64,000 nt of DNA from NCBI GenBank assembly GCA_050273025.1, contig CP158635.1, positions 24,366,001 through 24,430,000 on the forward strand. The letters are read 5' to 3'. Source of the stretch: Cenococcum geophilum. Taxonomy: Eukaryota. Positions 37,455 through 49,555 of the stretch are shown here, piece by piece. Below the pieces are notes generated by a model. The model saw only the letters and a list, made by a program, of their open reading frames with translations. It did not search any database and had not been told where the DNA came from. How positions within the stretch are numbered: the stretch's first letter is position 1; every line of letters starts with the position of its first letter. Both the position numbers and the translations under genes were made by a program.

Positions 37455-38213
37455 ATGTCTTCACAAATACAAAAGCAGATGTCGATGCTAGGTTCTCAAG
37501 CAGCAGAAGTTTTTCAAAGAGAAGCGTTCAAACTTGTGGTGTGGGTAGGCGTTTTTGGATCCTTCTCACGGGGCGAGCAAGTGGAGAGAAGCGACGTCGA
37601 CATAGTCATCTTCTATGACCCCGATTATTCCGAAGGGCAGGTCTGGGATTGGTACTCTCGCTGCGAAAAAAACCGCTGGGGAACGGATCCCGATGAGCCC
37701 AAGCTTGAGCGGCTTTGGGGTCGGAAAATTGATACAGTTCGAATCTACGAGGGCACCTTACGCTACGAAAAGGATGTCGAAGCGATACTTCATGCGCAGA
37801 CAATTTATGGAGACTTTAACAATCCGGTTTTGCAAGACCTCCGTTCCTCCTACTATCAGAATCTGGAAGAGTATCAGAAGAAGCTCAATGACTGTGACGC
37901 ATTAGCGAGAGATACGAACGGACTTAAGGTTGGCAACCTCCTAACGGACTTATCTGTTTAGATCTAACATGATACCCCGTAGGGATCTCAATATGCCTAC
38001 CAGATAGCGAACACTCTGGACACCGATAGTAGTAATCCATTGTATGTTATAGTCCGAACCTCTTTGGATAAAGCGAAGCGTTTCTCAAAGGGTGGCATTA
38101 CATCGCAGGAGTCTCTAGAGCGTCTTTGGGTCGAGGTACACAGTGCCGGAATTTGGGTAAGAAGGATCTTGAAAGCTGCCAGTTTCGCGGACACTGTAAG
38201 GGCCGCCAAATAG
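37455..38213 (+). CDS. Minimal nucleotidyltransferase (MNT, Pol-beta superfamily) domain protein with helical C-terminal extension, ~234 aa
   Basis: VGVFGSFSRGEQ...SDVDIV and LERLWGRKIDTV motifs; GT-AG intron 37929-37982 with CTAAC branch point; exon 2 open for 76 codons. Confidence 0.85.
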
Positions 38214-38439
38214 CCGACTAGAGAAGGTCGTCCTTGCTGTCCAGCACTCGCAATTCATATAGGAATAACATGGAGAATATATTCCCTTGCATAATTGTAC
38301 ATGTGCATGGTTCACAACTCTACACTCCGCAATCCCATTATTTGAAAGTAAAAAATTAGCTATAGAATATCACACCTTGGCCCATTTGAAACATTGGTTG
38401 TAGAAGTACCTCTTTAGAAAAATTTATTGGATAGTACAT

Positions 38440-39276
38440 GGTAGCTTAGCGGTAGGGCTCGCTTCTAATTCAGAGCTTCAAGCAATCGCAATTGTTACAA
38501 CTGACTGGCTGCATATTTAGCCCATTTTCTTTGATTATTTCCGCCAATCCTCCTTAGTCTTGAACTGCAAAATGCGTCAACCCAAAGATACTGATAACAA
38601 GTTTCCGCGTAATCGCGATTACGTCTCAAATTGTCTTCGGAGGAGTTTGAAACCCGATTCTCGATTTGTTTGACTGAACAGATTTCAATGTAGTCTTGTA
38701 ATTTGCTCCTGACATTGGGCCCCAAACATAACTAAGCACTGTGTAAATCCACGAGTAGGGTAATCGATTAGGCAAACATCCAGGGACGTCTCGTTGAAAG
38801 GGCTAACATCCTAGCCAGAAGCTTTCATCTTGGTTTAGAGGATAGGGGAGTCCCGACAGCTCTTGTGATTACGGGTGCAACTAATAATCCAACTTCTAGC
38901 TGCAGAGAAGGAAAGGTTGGAGGCGGTGTGTAATGACCATTCTATGGCTTTGATGCCAAATTCTTCCGCTGGATCATCTAGTAATTAGTTAGTCGTTGCG
39001 TGAGGGAATTATCCTAATTGGAGATGTTCGTATCCCTACCTTTGCGCGTACAAAATCATACACGCCCAGCATTATTTCTTCCCTATCGGATAGTACATAG
39101 ACGGCAAGCAACGAAATTACTGCTATATTCATTTTGAAACAACTTGCAAGTAGGACGGTGGAGGATGCTAATTCTTGTAGAATTAGGAGGGCATTTTTAG
39201 ATAAAACCGGTTTTGCTGGAAAGAGATTCGACATCGATGCCTGATCGCTGCTCAAAGCTCGTTTCCTTGTAGCCAT
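38440..39276 (-). pseudogene. HET-domain gene remnant
   Basis: ARSWI..C...H..C, YTVLSYVWG (~38716-38745) and YQYLWVDAFC (~38566-38596) motifs with stops and frameshifts. Confidence 0.8.
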
Positions 39277-39570
39277 GATAGAATCACTGATCTTGATGGA
39301 ATCCAATAAAGGCCATGAAATGATCAAAAACGCTGATAATAGCATGAAATATGTGTCTGATGAATGAATGAGTTGTTGAGATGTCAGGCTGAGCTGCACC
39401 TCGAGTAGGTAGGCTCTATCAGCTGACTCACTGCTATTCGTCCCTCCTCTGTCATGGCCTCGCACCGCATATTCTAAACAGATATTTGAGACCCTTCAAA
39501 AGAAGCTCGAAGCTCTAGTTTTATACAACTCTGGAGATTACCACCAAGTCCATACAATGACAAACCTTTC

Positions 39571-40777
39571 TTGGAGAATTGGTATAGCCTACTACACAAC
39601 ATTCTCGAGATGGTGTTTTGTCGGGCTTTCCAGTCGCTTCCGTCAAGAGTCCTCGAAACGTTTTTTAGATCACCAGCAACAGGAAGTTACGCAAATGTTG
39701 GGCTGACTGTCGCACCTCCACTTCTCCAGTCGGCTGTAGTAGATGATTTTAGGAAAATTCAGTTTACTATTGACATATCCCAATCTCAGGATCCCGAGGT
39801 TCGCCGGTGGATCTCGGTCAGACAGGCGCAGAAGTCACAATGGAAAAATACCTTGCACCATGCACGGCAGTCAGGGGCTGTCCTTGACTGCATAGGCGCT
39901 CTTCAAGATGCCTTGAAAGGGACCGCGGACTTAGTGCAGATCGATTCGTTTGCTGGGGGTGGCGAAGATATTAAATCTTTACACGATCTGGACTATTTAT
40001 TTAGGGCACTACTAACCGCACACCCCCTAATTACTGCGCGCACACCCCCCAAATTACTGCTCGCACACCCCCCCGAAATAGGCTTAGATCATTCCTCCTC
40101 AGGTTAGAATATCACGTGTGTTTGACTTGTTTACACCCAAATCGCGAAAACAACACCACCCATATCTAAATCAACCTCGCATTTGCCTTACCTTCTTATC
40201 TAAAGGCCTGCAATTGTAGAGCGTTATCGCGGTCGCCCGGCTAACTCTACAAATCGCATCGATAACTCTACTCAGCGGGAGCTCTCAGCATTCGAGCGAA
40301 ATGCTGGCTGCACTATCCGCGCGCGGGCGCGAGTGCGGGCGCGGGTGCGGGCGTGCCCGTAGAGGCAATCTACGGACGTTAAAATAGAGGCAGCAGCACT
40401 AAATCTAGTTCTTACCGCGCTTCGCAGAGCACTCCGCACAGTTATTATGGGCGCGTGGTGTTGTTTTCGCGATTTGGGTGTAAACAAGTTAAACATACGT
40501 AATATTCTAACCTGAGGAGGAATAATCTAAGCCTATTTCGGGGGGGGTGTGCGAGCAGTAATTTGGGGGGTGTGCGCGCAGTAATTAGGGGGTGTGCGGC
40601 TAGTAGTGCCCTTTATTTAAAGACGGGGAGATCGAATCCGGCAAGCTTCTAAAGGAGGTTGTTCCTTTTACTCGGAAGTCCATCAGCACGAATAGGATTT
40701 ATTTTAGATTATGGAGAGCTAAGGGGGGATTCCTCGCATGGGGGGGAAGTGGAAGACCGAAAACCCTCTTTGATTAA
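39571..40777 (+). pseudogene. Unknown-function ORF interrupted by a MITE
   Basis: Removing 40004-40611 plus one TSD restores the frame DLDYLF-KDGEIESGK...TLFD* to 40777; 5' end uncertain. Confidence 0.55.
40004..40611. mobile_element. Long-TIR MITE (Mutator- or hAT-like)
   Basis: ~155-bp near-perfect inverted arms GGGCACTACTA...TAGTAGTGCCC; 8-bp TSD TTTATTTA (39996-40003, 40612-40619). Confidence 0.93.
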
Positions 40778-41053
40778 TTAGGCTTGGGTATTGGAGCGTA
40801 CTCTACCTAAACAGGAACATCATGCAGCCACCACATTTTTCCCAGTATATCCCATGAACAACCCACAAAGCGAGCCATTTAACTCCCACAGCCGACGCGC
40901 AGAAAATCGTCATAAGGCGCGATCGCGAGCAATACCATTAACACCAATACAATCCCGACCCCAGGGTAATCCAATCCCGATCCCAGGGTAATCCAATCCC
41001 GATCCAAATGCACACGATTCCATACCATCCAAACCATATGTCCCTGGCACCCA

Positions 41054-43045
41054 CTACACAAGCTCCCACATCGCCACGCTGCCAAACCCCATCGCGACCC
41101 TGCCCTTCCTGCGCTTGAACTCCTCAACCCCAACCCCGCGTCCATCCCGCCCGTCGAAACTCGTAACCGCAAACACGGTAACCTTCTGGCCCGGCGCCCC
41201 GAGCTCCACCCTCTGCACGTCGAGCCACCAGACGCGCCCGTCCGTCTGGAACGGGACGTGGTCCGGCTTCCGCCCGTCGCGGCCCTCGACGCGCAGCACC
41301 ATGACGCACGGCTTCCCTCTGCCGTGGCGCTCGTTATCCCAGTGCGGACACACGGCCGCGAACTGGAACCGGACGACCGGCCCACCCGCCGGGTCGTGCA
41401 CCCTGATGTGCTTCAGCGCGGGCTGGAACGTGCGCTCGCCGATGCCGTGCTCGGGCGTCGTGGGGCCAGACACCAGGACGCGCTCGCCGGCATCGTCGAG
41501 CATGTACTCCTCCCAGGAGATGCCGGGCCGGCCGTCGAGGCGGTGGAACCTCGCGCGGTCCTCGGGGAAGTGGCTGGCGCCGAACTCGTCGTTGTCCATG
41601 GTGAAGAACTGCGGCTTGAAGTTGCGCTCGTACGCCATGCCGGCCCCTTGCACGTTGCCGGCGCCCCAGCAGCAGTCGATCAGCTTCCACTCGCCGTTGT
41701 CGATGCGCACCGCGTTCCACGCGTGGCCCGCGGAGTAGGGTGGGATGGGCGCGCCCGGCCGCAGCGGTGCGTGGCCGTAGCCTTTGCCGTGCCCGCCGAC
41801 GACGACGCTTTCGAGGCCTGCGGGCGTCGCGAGCGCTGTGAAGAGTGCGGCGTAGCCTTCGCAGACGGCGAGCCCGCTGCGCAACGTGCTGGCGGGTGTC
41901 GAGGGCTGCACTTTGTCGGCGAAGAAGGCTTCGGTATCGTAGTCGACGTTGTGGTGCAGCCAGGTAAAGATGGCGCGCGCTTTGTCGGTGAGGGAGGGGA
42001 AGGGAGATGTTAGTTGGTGAGCGAGCCAGGCTGGGTCGGTCGAGGGGATGGATTGCCGGGGGAATCGCGCGGCGTGGTTGTCGGGACCTGAGAAGTCGCG
42101 GCATTTTAGACATGAGCTTGTCGCTGAGGGTTTCGGTTTGGAGGCTTGCAGGGCTGCAAGATTTGGACGGGAGGAGAGTGGGATAGGCGGTGGGGCGCCT
42201 GGAGCTTCATTGGGAGTGTCGTTAGAGGTATCGTTGGGTCTATTCGGTGGTAAAGGAGGTGGAGTTTCGGTAGACTTATTCAATCCAAACGACAGTGCTG
42301 ACCTCTTAACAGGTTCAGGCTTGGGAGGATCTTGCTTTGCTGAGGTTTGCCGTGTCGGGAGAGGTGGTCGAGAAGGAAGAACAGGCGGTGGTTGGATCGT
42401 GGTTGGACCTTTCTTCGACACAACACTCGGCGCGGAGCGGGTTGGTTTCAGGGTAACCCTGGAAGGCTTTGGCTCTTCCTTTTCCCTCTTTGGTGGGAGG
42501 GGGGGTAATTTTGAAGGATCGTAAGGAGGTGCCTTGATCCGGTAAGATTGTCCTTCGCCCACATTGTTGGACGTGCTACTCAAGCTGGTCTTGGTAGATG
42601 TAACTGACAACGAAGAATGCCCAGATGCAACCGTGGATATAGACTCAACCGATTCGCGCCTTCTTATGCTTGGCTCTGATGCTTTTCGCGGCGGCAGGCT
42701 TGGAGGTTGTGGCTGAGAATTAGTTCGAGGTGGGAGTCTTGGAGGCAGTGCGGGTTGTTGGCTGGGCGGCTCATCGTTGGCTTTAATCGGCAGATTCCCA
42801 ATCTTTCGGGCCGTGGTAAGCGCATTGCTTTGAAGAGGGGGATTGTTGGTAGTCTGTCGTCGATGCTCTACAGACGGCCGCTGCGATGGAGGAGGAGGCG
42901 GGGGAGGCCGTGATTTCTTAGCTGCAATCTGCTCAAAGGTGTAGGGAGGAGGTGCGTCAGGGGCTGGTTTGTGGATCTCCTCAAGATTCAGGGCTGCTAT
43001 ACGATCCTTGATGGAAGAAACTGGCGCAACAGCGGGGTCTGTCAT
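41054..43045 (-). CDS. Transglutaminase-like protein (kyphoscoliosis peptidase/Cyk3-like) with Pro-rich N-terminus
   Basis: AVCEGYA, HAWNAV and DCCW Cys-His-Asp triad; KARAIFTWLHHN. Confidence 0.9.
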   Translation of the reverse strand: MTDPAVAPVSSIKDRIAALNLEEIHKPAPDAPPPYTFEQIAAKKSRPPPPPPPSQRPSVEHRRQTTNNPPLQSNALTTARKIGNLPIKANDEPPSQQPALPPRLPPRTNSQPQPPSLPPRKASEPSIRRRESVESISTVASGHSSLSVTSTKTSLSSTSNNVGEGQSYRIKAPPYDPSKLPPLPPKREKEEPKPSRVTLKPTRSAPSVVSKKGPTTIQPPPVLPSRPPLPTRQTSAKQDPPKPEPVKRSALSFGLNKSTETPPPLPPNRPNDTSNDTPNEAPGAPPPIPLSSRPNLAALQASKPKPSATSSCLKCRDFSGPDNHAARFPRQSIPSTDPAWLAHQLTSPFPSLTDKARAIFTWLHHNVDYDTEAFFADKVQPSTPASTLRSGLAVCEGYAALFTALATPAGLESVVVGGHGKGYGHAPLRPGAPIPPYSAGHAWNAVRIDNGEWKLIDCCWGAGNVQGAGMAYERNFKPQFFTMDNDEFGASHFPEDRARFHRLDGRPGISWEEYMLDDAGERVLVSGPTTPEHGIGERTFQPALKHIRVHDPAGGPVVRFQFAAVCPHWDNERHGRGKPCVMVLRVEGRDGRKPDHVPFQTDGRVWWLDVQRVELGAPGQKVTVFAVTSFDGRDGRGVGVEEFKRRKGRVAMGFGSVAMWELV

Positions 43046-44558
43046 TATGGCCAGACCGAGGCTTTAAGAATTCTCTTTGGATTGATGCGCGGTACGTAAG
43101 AAGGAAACCCGGATGGTATGGCACATATGGTAACGACAGTAGGGCAGTGGGGAGTGGCACCGGTTGTTGGTGGTGGTGGACAGCGGTGCTGGTGATACAA
43201 GCATTGAGCGAATGAGGCGCAGCGGGGTGTCCTGGCGTTCAGTTTCAGGCTGAGCGCCACCGACACAAGCAAGGCGAAGCAAACCTGAATCACCCCCCAT
43301 TCTGGCCAAACTCCCGCAATCACACCAGAAACTCGCGGGAAGTCTTGCCACCAACAGGATTCACACACTGAAATTACCCGTAGAGCCAGAAATCAGAAGT
43401 AGTGCTACATCATCTCGCTCGGAGTGATGGAATAAACGGGAATCCTTCATACACCGAGCAGCACATTATTTTGATGCGCCCTGCAGCCGCTGCGGATCAT
43501 CAGCGGGGCTCTCTGATGCTTTTCATTGGTGGGTCACAGCGGAACGTTCCCGGTCAGATACGAAGGGCCCCATGAATCTTTTCTTCCCTGGCAGCTCTTG
43601 ATCAATTACTCTGAAGTGCTGTGTGCTGTTTCGGGGCTATCTCTCACACTCTATTACTGCTTTTGGATTAGTGGGCGGGGAGGCTGCGGTGCTACTCCAG
43701 TAGTATGCGCCTTGGTCATAGCTGACCGTCGCTTCAAAGATCTTTGCTGAAGAGCCTTGGTGCATGGGCTCACGCACTTCGACCCATGATCCTACCAAAA
43801 GCATTGACGTTTTGGCGCCATTGTTGAACACACTTGCGTATCACTTCTAAACACAAAGACAACCTCTAGCTATAGAATATCGTGAATTGATCTTTACTGT
43901 TCCCTCCAACACCCAGTAGAAACGAAAACCAGGCCAACGTAGGAAACCCGAGATCCACGTTTTGTTGAGAAAATCAGCTTGCCGCTCATTCGCCTACCGC
44001 CTACCGCCACATCCCAGCCCTACACCTAGAGTAGCAAAGAAAAAAGGCAAATTGATCGACGACCCACACCCAAGCAGAGCGTAGTATGCCCCCCGACCTC
44101 CTCGTCCTTCGCTACCTAAACAAAGGGAAGAAGTCGAATTTTTTGAGACACACAGGGAGAATAAAAAGAGAATGGCGAGGATCGTGAGTCCGCAACCATT
44201 ATCCAATGGTGTTACAACTTTAGACGAGCTTCGCTCCGGATCAATATGAAGAGATGCATTAAAAAGCAATGGCGTACAATTTGAACAAAAGGTAACAGGC
44301 GTCGTAACATCATCTCCTCCTCGGATTCTCGCCTTCCGCGACAAAGCAAATACTCCAAACCCCAACCCGAAGCAGCAAAAAAAAAAACAGAGTGCAAAAG
44401 GGAAAGTCATCTTCGTCCATCCATAGGTTAAATTAGTGAAGAAAGCTCGGTAAGCTCCTTCAACACACCTGCGACAACTTGCCTCAAACAGGCTTCATCG
44501 TGAATACCTCCGGGAAGTGGTGGCAACATTGAGTTCATGCAAGAACACTCTTTGTACT

Positions 44559-46724
44559 CTACCTCTTCCTCTTCTTGCTCTTGTCCGTCGAGATGGCTGG
44601 TAGAGGGGAATAGCTTGCCGGAACTCCGGACATTGTCATGTCTTCGGTTGGTGACATGTCAACCGAGCCCTTCTTGACAGGAACACCCATGTGCCGGCCG
44701 TATCTGCCTTTCCTGCCGTTGCCTTCGTCTTCGCTGATGCAGCCTTCAATTCCAATGCCAGCATCTTTGCATCTTTGGCACGGACGTTGACGGTCGCACC
44801 CCTTCTTACTCTTGCGACAACGTTGGCATCGAGGTTTGGTGGAAAGATCCTCCTCGTCAGCACCAAGTTGATGCTGGAAATTCAACGAGGCACTGGATGC
44901 CTTTCGTGACTGGGGTGGGAGAGATGTAGGTGAGATAGGCGCTTTGGCGGCATTGCTGAACTTAGCTTTGCCCTTGGATGAGGGAGCACGAGGTTTTCCA
45001 GACTTTAGTACTTTAGGGCCCGAAACCATGGGCCGACCTTTGGAAGCACCTGTTCCATTTATACTTGGTCGGGGATCATGTTGATGCTCATCGGGCATAA
45101 TCTCGTCGCTCTCGCCTTTGAAGGACTCATCCCTATTGTCTTCGTACTCGTCTCCACTAGTGTCTCCGCTGTCGAATGCTTGAGTAACTTCGTCACCAGT
45201 GGGCAGTCTGTCGCTGGCCGAGTGACCCATGGAATAAGGTAATATAGGGAGGTCTTGGTCCTCGGCGTCGCTGCCATCGTCGCTCTCATCGCTTGATGAA
45301 GCTGCTTCTGCCTTTCCACTGAATGCATCGTCAAGAGTTGATGTGGATGTGCGACCGTGGGATGATATATTGGAGGCATCACCCAATCGCATAAGCTGAA
45401 GAGCAACATCCTCATCCGAAATGACGCTACCAACAGTAGGATCAGGAGTTGGCAGAATTAGAGATCCGTTGACTGAGTGACGACTCGGGGCATATTGTAC
45501 TGAGCCACGTGTACGCGACCGGTGTCCGTGCGGTTGACCACTAGAAGCCGAGTATGGAGTGCTCAAGCCTTGCATATATGAAACGTCCCCCTGCCCATAG
45601 CTTTGCGGCGAGGGGAGAGGGTGGTTGTAGGCGAATGTCTGCTGATTTGTGAAGGAGAACGGGGATGCGCCATTGTGACTGCTTATGCGTCGCTGGGGCG
45701 AAACTGACGAAAGGGAAGCCGTCATTGGCACCTGAGGAGGGACAAACAAGGGTAGTTCCTATAGTGGAAAACGTGTCAGGCCTGAACCGCAATAATAGAT
45801 GTATGCAAAAGCTTGCACTGGACTTACGGAGCTGTCGAATTTCGCTCGCTTTCTTCGACCACCCTCAACAATGTTGTCGAGACTGATATCTGCACTGGCG
45901 ACCTGCTCATTCTTCCCACGACGGGAGCTAGTAACAGAAGTATTGCCACCGTCGCTATCGCTAAACCCATTAGCAGCATCGCCATGAGGGTCTGCGAAAC
46001 TGCCGTGTGAACTCGACCCGCGGCTTTTCGCCAGTGGCCGTGTGCGAATCTTTGTGTTGGTGCTTGCTGATGCGCTGCGCCGGCCACGGCCCGGTTGAGG
46101 AGAGTTGCTTCGCCTCCCTGCAGTGCCGGATGTCGGTCTCGAGGTTGGTTGTTGATGGCTCAAGGAAGGAGGCAGCATCTGGAATGGTTCGTCCAGACGA
46201 GGACGTCTGGGTGACAACGACTGGCGAGGAGCAGGAGAGAATTCTTCGACTTCAGGATCCTCCGCCGTGACGCGAACATATACAACCATGTTCTGAGTGA
46301 AGTTCTCGTATCTAGCGATTAGAGTGTTCCCTTGGCGATCTTCGAAGCAGACGCCTCTACGCTCATACAACCCGTAGAAGTTTTTGACTGTAGTAATAAT
46401 TGAGTCGGTTGTATCATGAGGGAATATGTTCACACGCATCGGAAGCCGAGCGCGATGCTGGGGAGATTGGGGGAGAAGGAGCTCGAAGCTGACATGCTTT
46501 GGCTCAGCTGTCTTAGTGGGTGACATCGATTCCGGGGGGACGAAATTGTCCGTCTCCTGGTACGAAGCTCCCATCGAGTAGCCGTTTCCATTACTCTGTA
46601 TGGTGTATGATGGTCCACTCTGCCTTGTCATGTACTGGCGGTTCTGGTGCGTGCCCTCACTGGTCTCTTGGAGGCGTCCGGCGCCCTGGGACTGAGCGTC
46701 GGTAAGGAGGTTAGAAACGTCCAT
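44559..46724 (-). CDS. Zn(II)2Cys6 transcription factor with C-terminal zinc cluster
   Basis: CQRCRKSKKGCDRQRPCQRC...C; one intron (~45827-45759) joins the 321-aa and 396-aa ORFs. Confidence 0.9.
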
Positions 46725-49555
46725 TGCAAACAGTATATTTGCAATTCAACGCTATCCAGTTCCTCTTCCGACCTGATTCCAGGTGTGCAAATGTATGTCG
46801 TCGGGTGCAGGCCAACGCACACGGATCCTGCCGGTGTCGCAAGGGTTCGCTGGAAGAGAGGGCGGTCGGGAGGATTGTGGAGAACTGTGTTCGAAGAGAA
46901 TTAGTGAAATGTCAGTACGGAATGGTTTTCTAATGCCGAATAAGTCTCAATGAAGGAGCAGCAAGTCAGAACAAGAGCGGCCGAACGCTCGTTGACCTGA
47001 CGGACGATGGAAGGACGGAGAAGCAGGGTGATGACGAGGCAAGAATCTCCCACAATGGGAGCGTTCTTAGGACGAATCCTGCGCAAGGACGGTCGCATAT
47101 AGCCGATGGAAGTGTATACATACCCAAAAAGGCCAAGTGAGCTCTGTTCGTGGATGTCGAGCCTATTCCCGTGAAGCGCCGATTACCTCGCTCTGTTATG
47201 GGCGAGTTAGTAGTTTCCGAGCTGGTGTGTACGGAATGTCAGGATGGAAGGGTCAAATTGAAATTTAAGTATGTCTGATTCATGGCGAGGGACTTCAGGC
47301 ACTTACCATGAGAACAAAGGCCTTTTGTGGAGCTGCGTGGAGGCGACCAGGTGTTCAGGTGGTGGAAGAGGAGGAAGGCTTGGAGTGTGAGAAGCGAAGT
47401 CCAGTCAGGCAACCCAGAACAGCCAACATGCCAGCATGTGCCGCCCAACAACGACAGAAAGACCACACAGATTGCAGCGCTGAATGAATGGGTCGCTGGG
47501 CCGGAGTGATCGGTTTCAAGCATTTACATTCTATCTACGCTATCTACGATGGTAGGAATTGAGCAAAGGGGTGGCCATAATGGCAGCAATGCTCGCAGCC
47601 AAGTGCTGTCTATCAGGCAAATGTGAAGCAGAATACAGAGGCTGGCGGCGTTCAGATACGATGGCATGGGCTAAGGGTGCATTAGAACCGGAAAAGTACG
47701 CAAATAAAACCCTAGCAGCTCAGCATTACCTATTGGCGCATGCCACTTGAAGGTCGAAACTGGAGCCAGACTCCCGAGCGCATACCGTTCGGCGTCATGG
47801 GCCAATGGGGGGGAGAACTATGAATGCATGCCGCAGACAAGCTCCATCACTTCAGGAAGCGGAGGATGAGCGGAAAGTCTTTTAAAACTAGCTAGAACGC
47901 AGCCAATGAGGCGATGCGTAGCAAAACTGACGGCATGCTTCAATCACGGGAGACAGCTGGAGCACCCTGATGCGCAAGTCGGCCGATGGCCCTCTGTGTC
48001 GAGCAACCGCTACTGTTGCGGTCGCCTTGATAGATATAATTAGTAGATGGGACAATATGCCCTTCCCACAGCTTTCCATCCCTGGAAACGCTGCAATACT
48101 GATTGGTGTGCGGCGTTTGAGAAGCCTCCGGGAGTTCTCCTCACACACACCCATCAATCTCGAAGCTGTGCTGTGCTGCCTATCAGTCGCAGTATCGCAA
48201 AAAGACGGAATGGGCCAAGCGTCCCTTCAGCGGCGGTCATGTTTTCGACAGCAGATCTCAGTATTGCTAGACCCGCATTCTTGCAGCGTGTCTTGGCGGT
48301 CGCAAGTAGACTTTTTTGCTCCGCATTCGCAAACTTCACCACGCAGAAAGAGGGGCTCAATACGATGCGGAATCGCATTTGCAGAAGATCATCTACCAAG
48401 TGTACCATTATTGCAACGGATTTCTCATTGTCGGGTGCATTATTTTGTGTATCTGACCGGCGTCATGCGCTGGGGCAAAAACGACTGTCGTGCTCAAATA
48501 ATAGCACCCACGCCGCCGGACCGAACTTAAAATGATTCGCAATAACCGGTTGGAGATACCCTAGGCCCTAACTTGGCCAAAAACGCTGGCTGGGAGGCGG
48601 CGCAAGGAAAGTCGCAAAAGTGAGGTTCGTATCGCTTGCAGACGGTGAGTATGAGACCAGTGGCAGACCCTTCTAACGATAGGATAGGTTCGCCGCGGGC
48701 GGCAGTGGCAGTGCCGGCCAGTCAGCTGCGGCCACTGTTCAAAGAACGACCGCACAGAGCGGCTTGAAGCTGATAATCCTCCATTCCAGTCTGTTTGGAG
48801 CGTTCGGTCGATGTTTTTCTCATGTTTGGTTGGATGGGAAGTTTTCAAGATAAGTCACATGTTTGCGCATTTGATCCGCGTCAACTTAGTGCGCACCCTG
48901 GTAAAACTCCGGCCTGAGCGCGTCTGAAAAAGAACACGGGACGCAGTAAGGCGACAGCGAGTAATGGGCATAAAAACAGTGCCGCCGAATTCGCAAGAGC
49001 TCGTAGATACGTGTGGTAAATTGTCGCACGGGTAGAGTGCGGGTTGCTATGTAAATTAGAAAAACACGTCTCGACGCAGTTTTCGAGAAGTCGCGATGGT
49101 CGAAAATGACGTCGGGCTGGCACAGAGTGGCACTAGTGGGAAAACATTCCGCCGGTGCTAAACGTTCCCTTGATAGATCTTGGCGGCACATCCCTGCATG
49201 TTTTTGTTCCCCAAGCGATGGTCCAGGAAAACAACAAACTCGCGCTTGTCTATTTGAACTGAGCTACGAGCTCTCCGTATTCTCTCTCCAAACAATAACA
49301 CCCTCCGCCAACCGCTCATTGCTCTGTAGCACCGACTTACGGAGAGTTTCCTTATGGACGCTTTTGTTTTGTAGTTCATCCATCTCCACCACCGCGTTTA
49401 AAAGTTCCCTCGCGCTTGCAGACTCCCCTTAATCCATTAAAGCTCATCTCTAAGCTCCTCGAATGCAACCGGTCGACGCCACTTCCACTAACATCAACAA
49501 CCTCCGTGGCGCATAGCTACGGAGCTTCATCCCATCAATTAATTGATATTTCATC

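Noticed and set aside
40945..41005. ~22-bp tandem duplication CCAATCCCGATCCCAGGGTAAT
   Set aside because: Short 3' UTR slippage repeat with no evidence of function
41115..42524. Long overlapping ORFs in alternative frames
   Set aside because: Shadows of the GC-rich transglutaminase-like CDS
46725..49555. Numerous 60-186-aa ORFs between the Zn2Cys6 factor and the cyclin
   Set aside because: No motifs or codon bias; best read as a long divergent promoter/UTR region, and no convincing MCB cluster was seen
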